Source: Podarcis tiliguerta (lineage: Eukaryota). From it: a stretch of DNA of 64,000 nucleotides. The notes under the pieces are model-generated. The model saw only the letters and a list, made by a program, of their open reading frames with translations, was not told the origin of the DNA and did not search any database. The position numbers and the translations under genes are program-made. How positions within the stretch are numbered: position 1 is the first letter of the stretch; every line of letters begins with the position of its first letter. Shown here in pieces: positions 63,231 through 64,000 of the stretch. The stretch lies in NCBI GenBank assembly GCA_965153285.1, contig OZ229115.1; one strand, 5' to 3'.

Positions 63231-64000
63231 TAATGGTATTACTAATTAGTGAGGAATTGGGTAGAATTTTGCCTGCCCTTCTATCTGCATGTGTAAATTG
63301 CCTAGAGACTTTGAGGGGAAGGGAGAAGGGGGAAGAAGGAAAGGAAAAGGAAATTCAGGAACGAAGGCCCAAATTTGCCTGAGGTATCCAGACTCCTACC
63401 ATGACAACAGCTCAGATCAGAATGTTTAGAGTTGACAAACCAAACCCTCTCACATCAGCAGCCAAAAAGTCTTTGTAAAGTTAGCTCAGGCAGAACAAAA
63501 TTCAGAGGACACAAGCAGAGTATTCTCGAAAGCCACGTTGCTATCTCTGCCCAGTCCCTCATGCTCCTAAGGCTGGCCTCTATGTCTAAGACTAAGATGG
63601 ACATAAAGGCCTGGCTCAGAGATTCAAACAAAGAAGAACAAATCTCTTGTTTAGTGTCAGTCATTAAACAACTCATGGGGCTTACAGAATAACCTAACAA
63701 AGTCCTTACTATGTCAGATGAATGGTCTCTCTGCGTACCTTGCCTGTGACAGCAACTAGCTTGAGATGACCCTTCGACAAGGCAAACAGCAGAACAGGCC
63801 TCTACAAGAACACTGAAAGATGAATAGGAAGGTGCCATATGACATACCCATTTTTCCACCTGACTCATTGTCTCCATTACACTGGCTGTGCTCATGCCTC
63901 ATGGTCAGCCACAAACATGGAGAACTGCTACCAGTCAGTGGTCCTGTTGCAGAAAGCCACAAACCATGGCTTACTGTGAACAAGCAGAGTGCTAGTCCAT

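Noticed and set aside
63432-63983. ORFs of 146, 86 and 75 aa at the window end, as a possible neighbouring gene (EIF2B3 flanks PTCH2 in human) or retroelement remnant
   Set aside because: No motif or exon structure I can recognise; a BLASTX search is needed.
1-64000. A novel multi-gene system
   Set aside because: All coding signal is explained by PTCH2 exons and decayed retroelements; the remaining short ORFs look random.

Overview
Vertebrate genomic DNA, most likely from a squamate; a near full-length Sauria-type SINE and the wider repeat complement suggest a lacertid lizard. The window holds the 5' two-thirds of a Patched-2 gene (PTCH2, Hedgehog receptor) on the minus strand. I resolved 15 coding exons by hand, all with GT-AG boundaries and consistent phase. 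They run from the ATG at 44062 to the exon 15 donor at 267 (2515 coding nt, 838 codons + 1 nt), and the gene continues beyond position 1. Exon 1 lies in a CpG island, with a CCAAT box, GC boxes and a perfect GLI site upstream. Intron 2 is 25.9 kb and contains further GLI-type motifs and enhancer-like blocks. The rest is intronic or intergenic DNA with SINEs, LINE fragments (L1, L2, CR1, RTE, Penelope-like), non-autonomous DNA transposons with readable TIRs and TSDs, and microsatellites. I found no convincing novel multi-gene system. The most interesting observations are a uORF cluster with a TAATG stop-start and a repeated MASD start in the putative 5' leader, distributed GLI/SOX/POU motif blocks, an N-terminal PPxY plus poly-Ala tract, nested transposons, and an isolated exact 23-bp duplication next to a hAT insertion site. 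Repeat family names and protein comparisons come from recalled consensus sequences, not from a database search.
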